The notes: generated by a model not told the origin, from the letters alone. Positions 24,016-36,900 are shown, counted from the whole stretch's first letter. The stretch: DNA of 51,642 nt, filler included, from Sphacelaria rigidula (GCA_964200075.2; 2 parts of 2 records of this genome joined end to end with filler, not necessarily neighbours in it), one strand, 5' to 3'. Made by a program: numbers and translations.

Positions 24016-25683
24016 CTTAGTGTGCGATCTGTGATTGCCGTGCGGTCGTCCCTCCACAGAAAGACAGTGTCATGTTGACGAACGTAGTGCCCTCTGCACG
24101 AATCTCTGACACGCAATACAACCGATGATGGTTGTTCCCTCTGACAGTACCTGTGGTACCTGCACGGATCACGCATCACTGACGATGAAGCGATGGCACC
24201 GTTATCTTTCGAGAGTCGACATCGCAACGAAATTTCAGGGGGTCGATGTTGGACTCTTGAATTCTTCCGCCTATCTACCCGATCTATGCAGTAAGGCTTT
24301 CAAGCAAGACGTGTAATACAAACCGTGAGCCCCCGTGGGACGAGGGGGAACCCGCACGCCCCGGCTCTTGAATGGCGAGCTTGTACGGTCCATCCAACAA
24401 ACGAGGGTTAACTTCGCAACTCGTATATGGAACAAGTTTGAGGTAGTCAATTATTTGCATGAAACATGCAAGAAGCCACTGCTGGAGAGATTCTTGTCAA
24501 CTGGTGAAGCACTGCATGTTTTGTTCTTCGCGTAAGGTTATAAACCCTGACCCTACCCGGAACAAAGTTTGCTGAGGTTGTGCACCCCGAATTCGACACC
24601 ACATATCGTTTTGAATCCGGAATTTAGCGCTCATCGTGGCCGGCCATTCGCGGCCGAGGCATAATCTTGCACGTGGAACTTTGAGGGGAAATGTGGGCGT
24701 CTACCGCCCTAAAGCTTGTGCCTCAACTGGTGAACATGTTTAAACGATGTTAGCACCATGCATACGCCAGGAGGTCATTCCGGCAAATTCAAGTCGCAAA
24801 TGCGGCATGTTTCCTCGTTACGTTCAAACCCGGATAACGAGCCGTCAAGTCAGAACTGAAGCTGTACGGCAAATCGAAGAGGGGGTCCCATGCCGTCCTC
24901 CATACAATTCTTGCTTCTTGCGTCATCGCCACGTGTTCTAGTCGAAAACACACTGACTTTGCAACAATCATGATCGTAACCCATCTCGATGGAGTCCGCT
25001 GTTCACAAGTTGCCGCTGTCCGGACAAAGACTTGCAATTTACTTAGAGCCCCCCAGGGCACGCAATATCCTGCTTGCACCCGGGAAGTCAACGCGTTTTG
25101 TCATTCATTGAAGGCGTAGCGAACTGTGATGTTGTTGTACCCTGAACCTGACAATGAGTAAGAGTCCGCATTCGATGTTTTTCAGCCTCCGTCCACGGAC
25201 AGGCTGAGGGAAAATGACATCCATTCGCGTAGGAACAGTCATAGGGTCCGACAGTATTTGAGTCGGAGGTCACTAAACAGTGTCCGTAGAGTAAGGTGGA
25301 ATGTGTGTGCGGGGGAAGAATAACCTTCCACTACTGGGCGTAGAACGGGATTTTCATCCGTCGCCCCCTGCACACCGTTCCAAAACTCCCTCAAAACCCT
25401 GCAGGCTACTTTAGGGTGAATGGCCAAATATTTCCGCCCCGACAAATCCGATATACACAAGAACGACCCGAGAAACGAAGGTATTATCATCGTGACCCTT
25501 ACGAGGAAGCGCGCATGCAGTGTGACACGCCCAGGTTTTCCTTGTGATCTTTCCTATGGCACTTTCTTCCCCCGGCGCCAGCAGTAAAAGTGTTTTCTCG
25601 CCAAACAAGGGCCTCGAAATTGTCATGAAATCGAAATCGTGAATCCCCGACTCATGTGTACCGCACGTCAACATGAATGAAAC
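24016..25683 (-). pseudogene. Degraded JmjC-like (cupin, 2OG/Fe dioxygenase-type) coding region convergent with the transposase
   Basis: The exon from 25683 reads VSFMLTCGTHESGIHDFDFMTISRPLFGEKTLLLLAPG, with H to G-x-K to P spacing as in the first half of JmjC. The exon at about 24481-24016 reads ...*CVIRAGTTGTVRGNNHHRLYCVS...TTFVNMTLSFC, with G-x10-H-x-hydrophobic as in the second half. Stops and frameshifts are present, and HxD is imperfect (HDFD). Confidence 0.45.
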
Positions 25684-25734
25684 CTTCATAACAAACGTCA
25701 AAGAAGATATTCGACGGGAAAAAATAGTAGTAAC

Positions 25735-25800
25735 GAGTAATGCTACGGTAGGGGTACACAAATAATTTCTTAGGTTAAAATTGTTAGGAGCCCTTTATCT
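25735..25800 (+). mobile_element. MITE family D, copy 3 (truncated by gap)
   Basis: gagtaatgctacggtaggggtacac...ttgttaggagccct, then Ns. Confidence 0.75.
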
Positions 25801-25900
25801 NNNNNNNNNNNNNNNNNNNNNNNNNNNNNNNNNNNNNNNNNNNNTTAATTAATTAANNNNNNNNNNNNNNNNNNNNNNNNNNNNNNNNNNNNNNNNNNNN
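25801..25900. other. 100-base scaffold gap with TTAATTAATTAA linker
   Basis: N-run with a central all-frame stop linker. Both flanks are repeat ends. Confidence 0.95.
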
Positions 25901-27319
25901 GATTTTAATCCTCCGGGTTCTCATCCTCAATGAAAAGCACCATCCTCAACATAGATGATCGGCTGTTATAATGTGTATTCGGTGCACATACCACGAATGA
26001 TGGGTTTGAAAGATGTCAGTTTGAATCACGTGTATAAACAAAAGGTCGGAAATACGTACGCGTGGTTCATACCGTACGAGTGGTACATCGAAATCATGTA
26101 AGCTTGATCTGTACCGCACGAATGGCAGGTGCAAAAGGTGTACGTATAATTCACGCCGCATGAATGGACGGTGGAAACATGTACCCATGATCCATGCCGC
26201 AATAACGGGAGGTGGGGAACATGAACCTATGGTTCATGCCATATATATCGCAGATGGGAAGGATACACCTTCGACGGTGAGCTGCATGGCACGCGGGATC
26301 ATGTACGTTTTATGTAGTGTCGCACGGATCACAAGCCTATGACATATACGAGTAAATATTTTATACGAATAACAGTTTGCTAATGATTTGTATGGTTGAT
26401 TCGTGCAAAATTTGAATATGGAAGGAATCATGATCCTATTCGTCCGCTCCCTGCAAAGTTCGAGTATCACAGGAATACCGAAGCGAACATCAAGGAGGTT
26501 GGGCACTCTACTGTGCGTTTGTAACCGTGATTTGTATTTGTTTTGGGGGGGAATAGTTATGAGTCTAAAACTGTATATTATGTTTGAGTAAGTAACCTCA
26601 CTAAATCATGCGCGTGAATATGCGATGAGCAGTAACTTCGAGATAGCGAGAAGGTATGAGCATGCTTTGTATTACAGTGGCAAGTTACTTTATCTGTGAT
26701 GACGGCTGTCACAAGATTCATCTTTTTTGTGAGTGTATTACACGATACAAAGAGTCATTTACGTAACGAATTAATACGTGCGACGTGTTCGGGGGGGGAT
26801 TCTGGCTCTGATTTTTGTTTGTTGAGTTGGTGAATTTGCGTTGTTTTCGAGCGCCTGAAACAGGTTTCCTCCGGACGGTCTGGGTTTTCATTTTCAGTTG
26901 TTCGCAGAGAGGTGTTGTCGACGGCTACTCAGTTATTCGATGCTGAGCAGAACCAGGGAAGGTGTATGATGAGGCGATCGCTCGAGCTCACACCCACGGG
27001 TATTGACCGGAAGATGTCGGGCTATATCCGACAAGGTATCATGAGTGGGGAAACTGTTTACTTGTGCAGGTGTCAGCATCTGATTGCAAATGAATATCTC
27101 GAATTATGGTTTGGGTTAACTGTAGCTACACGACCTCACTTCCTGTTCTCTCCCGAATATTCTCCCGTATGTGTTACGGTCCCCATGAGTTGTGAGCGCA
27201 ATATTTTTTGTCCGTACGTCGCTGCGCGGGAATCGTGCGTACTGCTGTACCGGTTGATCGATCAAGGGTTGATGCTTTGGCTGTAATTGCGCGCATCCCG
27301 GCCTCATTTTGATCTTGAG

Positions 27320-27412
27320 TTGTTGTTGTCTTTTCATTAAAAATCGTTTCGATACTGCGCAGTACTCTGTACTGGCATCTCATGCGGACACGTTCCATGG
27401 CCACAGGCTAAC
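27320..27412 (-). mobile_element. Short (CAA)n-tailed retroposon end, copy 2
   Basis: gttgttgttg...ctgcgcagtactctgtactggcatctcatg...cacaggcta matches 47450-47547. Confidence 0.6.
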
Positions 27413-27505
27413 TACCCCAAAATACGGTGAAAATAAATAAAAAATAAAATTAGGCCCAGAAACATTCACACAGACGCTATGCAAAAGAAATAACAATCGA
27501 GTAAA

Positions 27506-27761
27506 GAGCCATGCTACGGTAGACGTGCACCTATTGCGCAAAATCTTGTCTGATTCAGGGGCTCCTAACGATTCTAGATGGGCAGGAATATGGGTCAGGG
27601 CATCCCCGTTTGCAAATTTATTCGGGATATCCCTAGCACATTGGAATAGTAATCCTGCCGATCTTTCACATATTTCATAAGTCGCGTATTGGATGAGATA
27701 AAGGCCTCCTAACAATTCTAACCTCAGAAGATATTTGTACACGCCTACCGTAGCATCAATT
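27506..27761 (-). mobile_element. MITE family D, copy 4
   Basis: gagccatgctacggtag ... ctaccgtagcatcaatt. 4-bp TSD taaa/taaa. Confidence 0.8.
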
Positions 27762-28278
27762 TAAAAAACAATATACCGTAAGCCTCCTAAGTTCCGATGC
27801 CGTGTACGACTATTCGGGTTATTGGAGGCAGGGCCCATTGGTTCACTCAACACGCGAAGCCAAACAGGAAGAAAGCCGAACTTAAGGGCCAAGATCACCA
27901 ACCATAGCGAATATACTGAATATATATAATCTCGGTAGTGTAAACGGCAGAACGGTTATGCGGGTGTTGGGAAATGGCCATCATATAAGATACACGTCGA
28001 TGAACTATATGCCATATATTCGAATGTAGAAATGATATCACTCGGTGGCCATGTTATACTACAAAAACAGACCCGCCTGGTAACATGTAAGTAATGTACA
28101 GTTGCCTTGCGCAGAATCTGGCTTGCCCAGTGAATTGAGTAGTTGTCAGTCCCTTCCTTTCCCCCAGACCAGTTCGCCGCCCTGTATGTACGCATCAATG
28201 ATTTGGCTACACCGTCAAGACACATGTGCGCACGGCAACGACAGCTTCCAGTGCGACCACTGCACCGTACACATTTAA

Positions 28279-28727
28279 CACTATATTCGTGAGATTCAGA
28301 GGGTGGTTTCAAATTCAGAGTGGATGCTCTAGCGTTCCTAACAGGCAACTCTTTTTTTTGTTTTGCTTGAGCACACGTGCTGTGCATGCAGCTACCGTAC
28401 AGTACCCCATTCGAGGAATTCGGCGGTCTGGTTGGTGAGATACCGCACAGAGCATTTTTACGCCTGGGGAGCATTTCGGAACTGAAACTGTTTCAGGCAC
28501 TAATCGGTTTTTCCTGAAAGAGGGGGTCTTTTGTTGCAATGGACTGACTACGTCGTTGCGATCAAGTGATGTGTCAAACTGATAGTGTATGTGATAGCTT
28601 TCATTGAAGCCACCAGCTGGGCACATTACTCCTCGAACTGTGGCGATGTCAAAATCGACGGGAAAGTCGATTGTTTCGGGTCTCACTCTGAATCTGAAAC
28701 TACCCTCTGAATCTCACGAATATAGTG
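28279..28727. mobile_element. MITE with 44-bp TIRs and CACTA...TAGTG termini
   Basis: cactatattcgtgagattcagagggtggtttcaaattcagagtg vs cactctgaatctgaaactaccctctgaatctcacgaatatagtg (42/44 match). Flanks ttaa/ttgg. Confidence 0.8.
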
Positions 28728-30571
28728 TTGGTTTTGATGTGACGTTAGCCTACACACAGTGTGCGCATACCAATATCTTAATACCAATACGTTGAGTCTC
28801 ACCAAAAGGTATCGACTCGAATACCCTTGTGTGCTACGTCTCCTGGTATATCATCGAAGACGACTCTGGCTTGCGTGTGGGTTCGTGATGCACGGCTGAT
28901 GGAGGAGTACTATATCAGCAGCATACTGGAAAAGAAAATAGGAGCAGTCCACTGGCGGTTCTGCTAATATCAGGTATTACACCTTTCTTTAGCGGAAGTC
29001 GGACCGACGAAACGAGTCTCTTGGTGCTGTAGTTGTAGTAGTAAAACATGTCTCGGCTTTGCCCGCCATCTCTGGGGTGAAGATTTTCCTGGGATGGCCG
29101 AAGTCTTGCCCTTCTTTGGACTCGAACTGAACTCCGAAAATGCTAACATCCAGCGGGAAGCACCTTTGTAGGCAACACTTTTGGAGAGAGTTACCCAAAC
29201 GATAAGCATTGACTTCTTCGACACTTACCCAGAGGCACTCCGCCTGATTGGCTTGTCGCTGTTGGCCTGTCGCCATCGACGTCGTGTGGCAATGACGGTC
29301 GCCGCCGGATGCTATCGGCCGCAATGACACCGGCCAGCGATCGCAGCACCCCTCGCTCCAACAGTTCCATCGTCTGGTCGGGGTTGTTTACGTCTGATCC
29401 CAGGCGTTGCAATTCTTCCAGCGCGTCAAGCGGCGGTACGGGAACATTTCCGCCCTGCCGGGACATTTTCGGGGAGTCAAAAACGCCTTCAAATCACGAA
29501 GGATATTACAGTCAGCAGTAAACTCGCTGCTATCTCGATGTATCCACCTAGATCTTCGTGTCCACCATTCTCTTCCTTTACGCGGCCCTTTCGTCTAAAG
29601 CTATTCTGCAGGGACCAGCCATCTCCTTGTTTGATGTCAGTGCGATCGGGGTCGGGTTTCTTCATGCTTTCTTTCTCCTTTTCTCTGCCCCTCGATTTGT
29701 TTCACTCTCTTTTCTTTCTTCAATTAATCATCTTTATCCTTTTCTCGCGTTGCGTTTCACCGAGTGTTTCCGTTTGTTTCGCCCTGCGTACATCTATCTC
29801 ATGCCTTATGACCATGGCTGGATCCATCGGGAATCCAGTGAGGTGCGACAATCCAGCAAGTATCTGATCAAAATGTTCAGGCCAGCGTGAATGCGGCAGA
29901 GTGACAATACTATCGCAGAGACCGTCTGAGAAAGTTACGAGTTTTCGTGACATCGTTGTAAGTTTATCTCATCGTGCCGTCTTAAGTAGGTTACCTTATA
30001 ACTGCAATCATTGACGTCCATATTCCACCTTCCCAGCGCGTCAGCTGCGTCAGCTGCACTTGGTGCCAGTGCCCCGCTATCCGACAGCCCCAGGTGATCT
30101 CGCCCTAGGGCAGCAGCTTCGGCGCACAGACTTGGGTTTGAGCACGCCACGTCATCCTGTCACGAGATTATCGCACACCATTCGCTGAGTGGTGGGGAGC
30201 GCGATGTGATGATCATCCGTCATCCTTGATCCATATTTGTGGTGACTCATTAATGTGATTGTTCCTTAAATATATCAGAATGTGGGCCCTGTTAGTCTAG
30301 CGCTTCCATTTCTACGCGCTCTCACTCATTGTCACATATACCAGGGCAAGCGCGGCCGCATTGAGAGCTCGGGGTTGCCTGAAACGCCGCGAGAAAATAC
30401 ACATTCGGACGACAAGATTTCAAAGTAATCGAAAGGAAACCTCACCGCCTCAAGCTTTGCACTGAGCGATTGTAGGGCATCGATACGGCAGCATGAACCA
30501 CTGTGGTCTAGTACTTCGTTTCCGATACTGGCATATAGCCGGAGTGTTTCATTAGCCTCATGTCATATCAA

Positions 30572-32336
30572 GAGGGTCTGCTCGAAACTGGGGTTCAAAG
30601 TCGCAAGCTATGTTTGGATTCTCGCAATTTCCACCAAAATAGTTTGGGTTGGGAAAGCACTTACGGCTAGTGTATCTGTGATCAAAGCTGAGCAGGTATG
30701 GCTGAATGCACCCGCTTCGGGGGGTACCCGTGTGTCGATGACGATGCTACCGAAGGAGAAATGGCGGAGAGGAAGCTTCTCGCCCGTGCCCTTGGTACTT
30801 CTTCGTTCGGCGATCCCAAATCGGTCGAGAGATTGGCACCAGGTTACCACCATACCGCCATTTACCAGCCCTTCCCTCAGCACAACAACGGCACGCGGCT
30901 AGTTGTGCAGCCCCCGCGAAAAGATGCGGCTCAGCTTGGCTCATCTTGACTCATGTATTCGTGTCTTGTCTGCCGCGTTGAACAATGCAAAGGCCGGTTC
31001 CTTTCTGCTTCTCGTTTTGGACCGTACGTGACTCTGTGCGCTACGGAACACGTTCTCGAAAACAGGGCGACTTTCCCGTCACCGCTACCGTTCCCATGTA
31101 CACACGTACGATCAATGACGGTTGCGCCAAGGTCCACCCGCGCGTTTATTACAAGTATTATGTGCCACTTGCTGCAATGACAGCAGTACAGGTCAGGGTT
31201 ACCGTAGTGTAGCGTAGAACCCATGTGTATGGAGATCTTCTTGGTAAGTCTAGTGAAACAAGATACCTCTGGCTGTGGCTTAGCTTCTGCTGACGTGGCC
31301 CAAATGGGGGCTGGCATTTTGTAAGCTGTGAGCTGCGGGGCGCTATGTTTGATGTACAGTCAATGTACAGCGTGGGGAGGGGTGGTGTTCTCCATTCTTC
31401 GAACGTCCTTCACTCTGCCGTGGGGTTACAAAGGACGCGGCAACTAGTCCATAAATGTGTTACCAAAACGCCCCTGCTTGTGGTGGAACCATATCTTGCG
31501 TCTGGAAAAGCATGTGGTGGCCTTGGCAATGTGAAGGGCGTTCCAAGAACTGAAGGCACCGCCACTCTCCAAGCTGTGGATCGACTGTAAAAACAAAATA
31601 GCACCCCGCAGCTCACAGCTTACAGCATGCCAGCCTCCATGTGAGCCAAGCCGCCGGATGCTAAGCCACCGCCAGTGGTATCTTGTTTCACTAGGCATAC
31701 CCCGAAAGCCTCCATGGTCATGGGTTCTACACTACATTGCCGTAATCCTAATCTGCACTACCGCCCTTGTAGCAAGCGGTACATGATACTTACGATAAAA
31801 GCACTGACGCGCGAATGCATCTTAGCGCAGCTGTCCTTTCTCGTACACGAGTACATGAGAGCGTTAGCGGTGTCGGGAACATTGCACTGTTTTTTGACGA
31901 CGGGTTCTGCAGTGAAGGAGAGTCACGTCCTGTCCAAAACGAGAGGCGGTAAGGAATCGACCTTGGCACTGGTCAGCGCGGCAGACAAGACACGAATATA
32001 TGGATCAAGATGCGCCACACCGAGCCGCAATTCTTTGGAGGACTGTACAACTAGTCGCCTGCCGTTGTTGTGCTGAGGGAAGGATCGGCAAATGATGTGT
32101 ATGGTGCTATCCCGGTGCCGATCTCTCGACCAATTAGGAATAGCCGAACGAAGATACACTAAGGACACGAGCGAGGAGCCCCCTCTCCGCCATTGCTCCT
32201 TCGGTCGTATCGTCATGGACACGCGCGTACACCGGATTGGGCGCACTCAACAACACTTTATTAGCTTTTATCACAAATATACTAGCCGAAAGTGCCTTCC
32301 TACACCAAAATATTGGGTAGAGTCTACAAGACCCTC
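30572..32336. mobile_element. 1.77-kb foldback element with TIRs of about 800-850 bp (Sola3-like non-autonomous)
   Basis: 30572-~31420 is the diverged reverse complement of ~31525-32336 (e.g. ccttccctcagcacaacaacggc / gccgttgttgtgctgagggaagg; ctagtgaaacaagatacc / ggtatcttgtttcactag). Termini tcaa|GAGGGTCT...AGACCCTC|ttga. Confidence 0.8.
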
Positions 32337-32404
32337 TTGATCGTAGTAGTACTCACGTGCATGTATGTGCGACAAAATTTGCCTTATACCTTAGCGCAGT
32401 ACTC

Positions 32405-32673
32405 TGTGACGACATTACGTCATTACGTTGAGTTGGTAGTGATGATCTGAATAATGACCGGGGACACGGGGATTCTGGAGGATTCTGGAAGAATCCTGGA
32501 TAATGACCGGGGGGATTGGGATGATACCCGACGGGTCTAGAAGGTCACGCCTACAAGGGCACTCCGGAAATAATGAAATGTTGTAAAGGCTGACAGCTGA
32601 AACTGAGGCCAGTGAGAATGGGGAGCCCCTCAACAGCAGTAACCCACCAGTTCTTCTTCTGGCTGGCGTCACA
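32405..32673 (+). repeat. 5' LTR
   Basis: tgtgacg...cgtcaca, a direct repeat of 37939-38207. Confidence 0.95.
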
Positions 32674-33075
32674 ATATCGACATTGTGTTAGTGCTAGAGA
32701 TAGTACCTAGCGGAACCTGCCGGAAGAATTTTGACGGAAGAGTCTGGTAGCGGTGGACAACGTGATATACCACGGACGCGTGGAAGGGATTCAAGCTGAG
32801 GTGATTGGCAGAAAGGCGGTTGACCTGTGATTGATTCAGACTGAAGACTTGATGAAGCCGCGTGCAGCGGGAGTGTGGAGGCTCCTACGACTGTGTGGTG
32901 TGGCGACGAAGCAAGGGTGAAGTGTGCAATTCGCCATGGTCCGTTGGCCTGCGAGAGGTTCGCAGATAGCCGGTTGCTGCTATGGCGACCGGCTCGCGTG
33001 CGGCATCCAGCGTGACGCCCGTGGTTATGCGGCAAGAGTTGCGACCTCCCCAATACGGGGATAGGTACTCTGAGA

Positions 33076-33881
33076 GTGCATCTTGCACTTTCAAATACCA
33101 CGCACGTGGAGTACAGTAAGCGTATGGAGCCCGCTAAAGCAGGGGGTGCAGTGCGACATCAGGTAGTGTCGATGGCTCAACAAGTGCTGACGCATGCGCA
33201 AAGAGTGTTTGCGCGTGTGGAACATGGTGAGAGCACAATCATCCCGCCGCAAATGGTTGCGGTGATCAAAAAGCATGCCGGGCATGCGGCGGGCGCCGAG
33301 GTGGAGTTGACCCAAGCGACCGCGGCCGTGGCGGAAGCTGTCGCCATGGAGTCTCGGGGAAAGACGATGTTAGAGCGGGTGGAGCCGATTCTGTCCAATC
33401 TGGGAAATTTTTTATCAGAAAATCCGAACGTGGAAGTAGTATATCGTTCCCCCGATGATGAATATATCCCCGGAAACTAGTGATCACCAAGGCTTTGGTG
33501 GAGGGGTTAACGCCGGAAAGATTCAAGCAGGCTGTGCTTGTTGAGTTGCAGCACGAAACAGACTGGAAGGCCGGCCGTTACCTGGTAATGGACCCCGTCG
33601 TGGCCGAGGCCAAGAAGTGGCGGAAGATAGAGGTGCTCGGCTAGTCGTCCACCTCCACCCCGGAGTCTTTGCGTCGCCACGGCTCAAAATCGGCAAAATT
33701 GGCCGGCCGCGCCGCGACCACCACCCATTACGCGCGCGATTGCCCAACGTCTTCCGGTGGAGAGTCTGGGCAGTCTCATGCCGCGCGCCATCAGCATCGA
33801 CAGCACAAGGGTAAAGAACGAGGTGATCGGGGTGGTGGCAGCGGCGGGTCCTCCGGCGGTGGAGAGTCGCAGCCGAATTCT

Positions 33882-33914
<33 letters not shown>

Positions 33915-36900
33915 GGGCAGTGGCATTAGCAGGGATCTGGTTCTGGGTCCGGCGCCCCCGTAGGTGCTGCTGCTCCGCAACAGGCGGTGCAGGTGGGACC
34001 GACTTCTACAGTGTCAAACACTGCGCCGGCGCCGGTGGTGGCGCCGGTGGCGTCGCCGGCAGCAGCGACAGGTGCGACGCCTGCTGATATGCTGGTCAGA
34101 GTTTCGGCAAATTCCTGGTCTGCTGAATGAGGATCGCACCCACCGGCGGTGTCGTTTGAACCTGCTGGGGCGTCTTCGCCTGCGCAGCTTGCGCAGCCGT
34201 GGCGTCAAGCGGCATCAGCGGTGCATCGGTCGGCGGATGAAGTGCCAGTAGAGTTTGCGGACAAGTACGTTCCTGCGGAGCTGTGTCGTTCAAATCAACG
34301 GGAGCGTAGAGCCATTGCGGTTCGGGGTATGTGGGATTCTGGCGCCCACTTCACGAGTCATGTGAGTCTGGCGGTGCAGATTGTAGAGATGTTGGAGTGT
34401 CTTCTCCCGGGGTCAGCATGTTTCCGTCACGGAGCGCACTGTTCCGCTGCAGTTGACTTTCACGACTTCCTGAGGGCCGGCGCCGTTGCCTCCGATCTCG
34501 TTCGCGATCATGCAGGGGTCGAACGGCATCATTCTTCTGGGGTTGCCGACGCTTCAGGATCTTGGACTCGACCTGTACGCGCGGTTGTGGGACTCCATGA
34601 AGACGCGGATGTCTCCGCCTGGTCCGCGCGGGGAGACGCCCACCGTTTTGGGCAGTCGTCGCGTGAGCGTGTCGGTGGATGCTTTTCACGGGGCTGGGGA
34701 GCAGGTGACCGAGGAGCGGAATGAAACGGTGAAACGCTTGGTGGAGCGAGGCCCGGAGATGCTTAGGGATCCGGCGGAAGAGGGATCCACTAGGAAGGAC
34801 GCGCTCGAAGGGAGGGTGACGGATGCTGTGGCGAAAGGCCTCAGCGTCTCAGAAGCGGAGCGCCTGCGCGGTATCCTGCGTCTCCGCATCAACGCGTTTC
34901 GTCGTGCGCTGCGGGGTGATCCCCTGCGCGCGTGGAGCCCATGCGTGTTCAGCTGAAACCTGGGGCGCCCGCGGTGAAGACGAAGCCGCGGCGGTACGAT
35001 CCGGTGAGGTCGACTTGCTTGGCGTCGTGCATGGCAGCTCTTTCGACGCTCGGGTTGGTGTTAGGAACTTGCAGGCGGTGTGGTCTAGTCCGGCTATGGC
35101 GGTTCCGAAGAAAGACTCATTTGGCCTGGTAAGCGATAAACGGCAGTGAATGGGCAGGGTGAGAAGTCGCCGGGTGTGATGCCCAACCAAGAGTCGGACA
35201 TGCGTGATCAATTTAGTGTTCGTTTTTTTACAAGGTGGACCCCCTCCAAGGTTACCGGCAGATACCGTTGGCGGAGGAAGCGCAGGAGAGTTTCACAATC
35301 ACGACTCTTTCTGGCTTGTTTACCTCGAAGCGAGTGTCGCAAGGCGTGCTGAATGCCACGGCATATTTTCAAGGCATCATTACAGAACTTCTCGTCGGCT
35401 TAAAATGCAAGATATGGGAGGCTGATGTGTTTTTTTCGCGGACACGTAAGACAAACATCTAGACACGCTTGATGCTATCTTGGCTTGTTGAGAGAGTGTT
35501 TGGTTGTTTGCGGCTGCACAAAAGTGTACAGTTTTCGCCAGTAAGCTCGTGTGGTGTGGGAAAGTGTACGGACGCGTATCTCATGACCCTGTCAGATTGC
35601 AAGGCTTGTCTGACAAGCGGCGCCCGGACGGCCGCAGAAGTCATGCAATTCCTTCAGGCCGTGCAATTGGCTGCGTACCTCGTTGCTGCGTATGGCAGAA
35701 ATCGTAGCTCCCTTGCGATTTTTCCTCGAAAAACTCATGGCGGGTGCTGCGAGGCGGACGAAGCGTGTGGCAAAAAACCACGCTATTCCGCCTGCATCAT
35801 GGACGGAGGGCAGGCTGCAGGCGTGGGCGGCGGCGAAGGATCTGGTGGGCCTTGCCGTGACGCTGTTGCATTCTCGTCCGGATTGCCAGGCGTTGATGTT
35901 CCCGGATGCATCTGAGTGCCATTGGGGTAGTTTTGTCACGTAGGTGCCTGAAGTTGAAATACAACGACGCTTGCAGGTCGAGGATATGACTCATAGACCG
36001 CTGGCTTTCCTCAGTGGTAGTTTCAAGGGTTCGCAGTTGCGTTGAGCCACAATTGACAAAGAAGGTTTTGCTATTGTGAGCACCTTTCAACGTTTGGAGC
36101 ATTTTTTGTGGGATGGCGTACATATTTTCACGAATCACCGACATCTCGTGTATATTTTCAACCCGGAAGCGTGCGTTACGTCTGTGTCGAAGGCGTTGGC
36201 ACAACATGTGGAGGGTTGGAAAGGTGTTCTTGGTCAGTATCGTTACCCCATTTGCCATCTTTCGGATGGCTGAAACGCGTGGGGTGACTTGCTTTCGCAT
36301 TGGGTGAATATTCCGGCTTTGCCTGTGCGCGCTGTGGCTGTGTATGGTCCGCGTGAACCTGATGACTCCATGCCGTCCAAATATGTTGTCCACCAAGCGC
36401 AACGGGAAGAAGTTGGGGCCGAAGATGCGGATGTGCAATCTTTTGAGTCGGACATTGGTACTGCTATCTTGGACAGTGAAGGTCCGTTTCGTGTGCATGT
36501 GCATGGCCGAATCGGTTTGTGGATTCCGAGTTTTGACGAGCAGTTGCAGGTTGGCCTGATTATTTGCGCGTACATGCGCGACGCCGGGCATCGTGGTGTG
36601 GCTGCGACGCTCGTGCGCTTGCAAGCGTTTTGTGTCTGGTAGGGGATAGAGACTCATATGCGCGAATTTGTCCGCCAGTGTCTTCACTGTGCTGACTCGA
36701 GGGCGGGCGATGCTGTTCCCCGCCCGCTCAGTGAAACGGTACATGGGACAATGCCGAATGAAGTCGTCCTTTTGACTTCTTGTACGTGGGCGAGAGTGGC
36801 CCGATAGCTTCCCAAGGTTCGTCGGAGGATGCTAGATTCCAGTACAGTTGGTAATCATGGGTGATTTGAGCACCTTCTTGTCTCTGGAACCAGTAGCAGT

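Noticed and set aside
25845-25856. TTAATTAATTAA palindrome
   Set aside because: Embedded in Ns; an artificial contig-joining linker.
33882-33911. Poly-Q host gene
   Set aside because: A (CAG)n tract within the decayed gag region of the LTR element.
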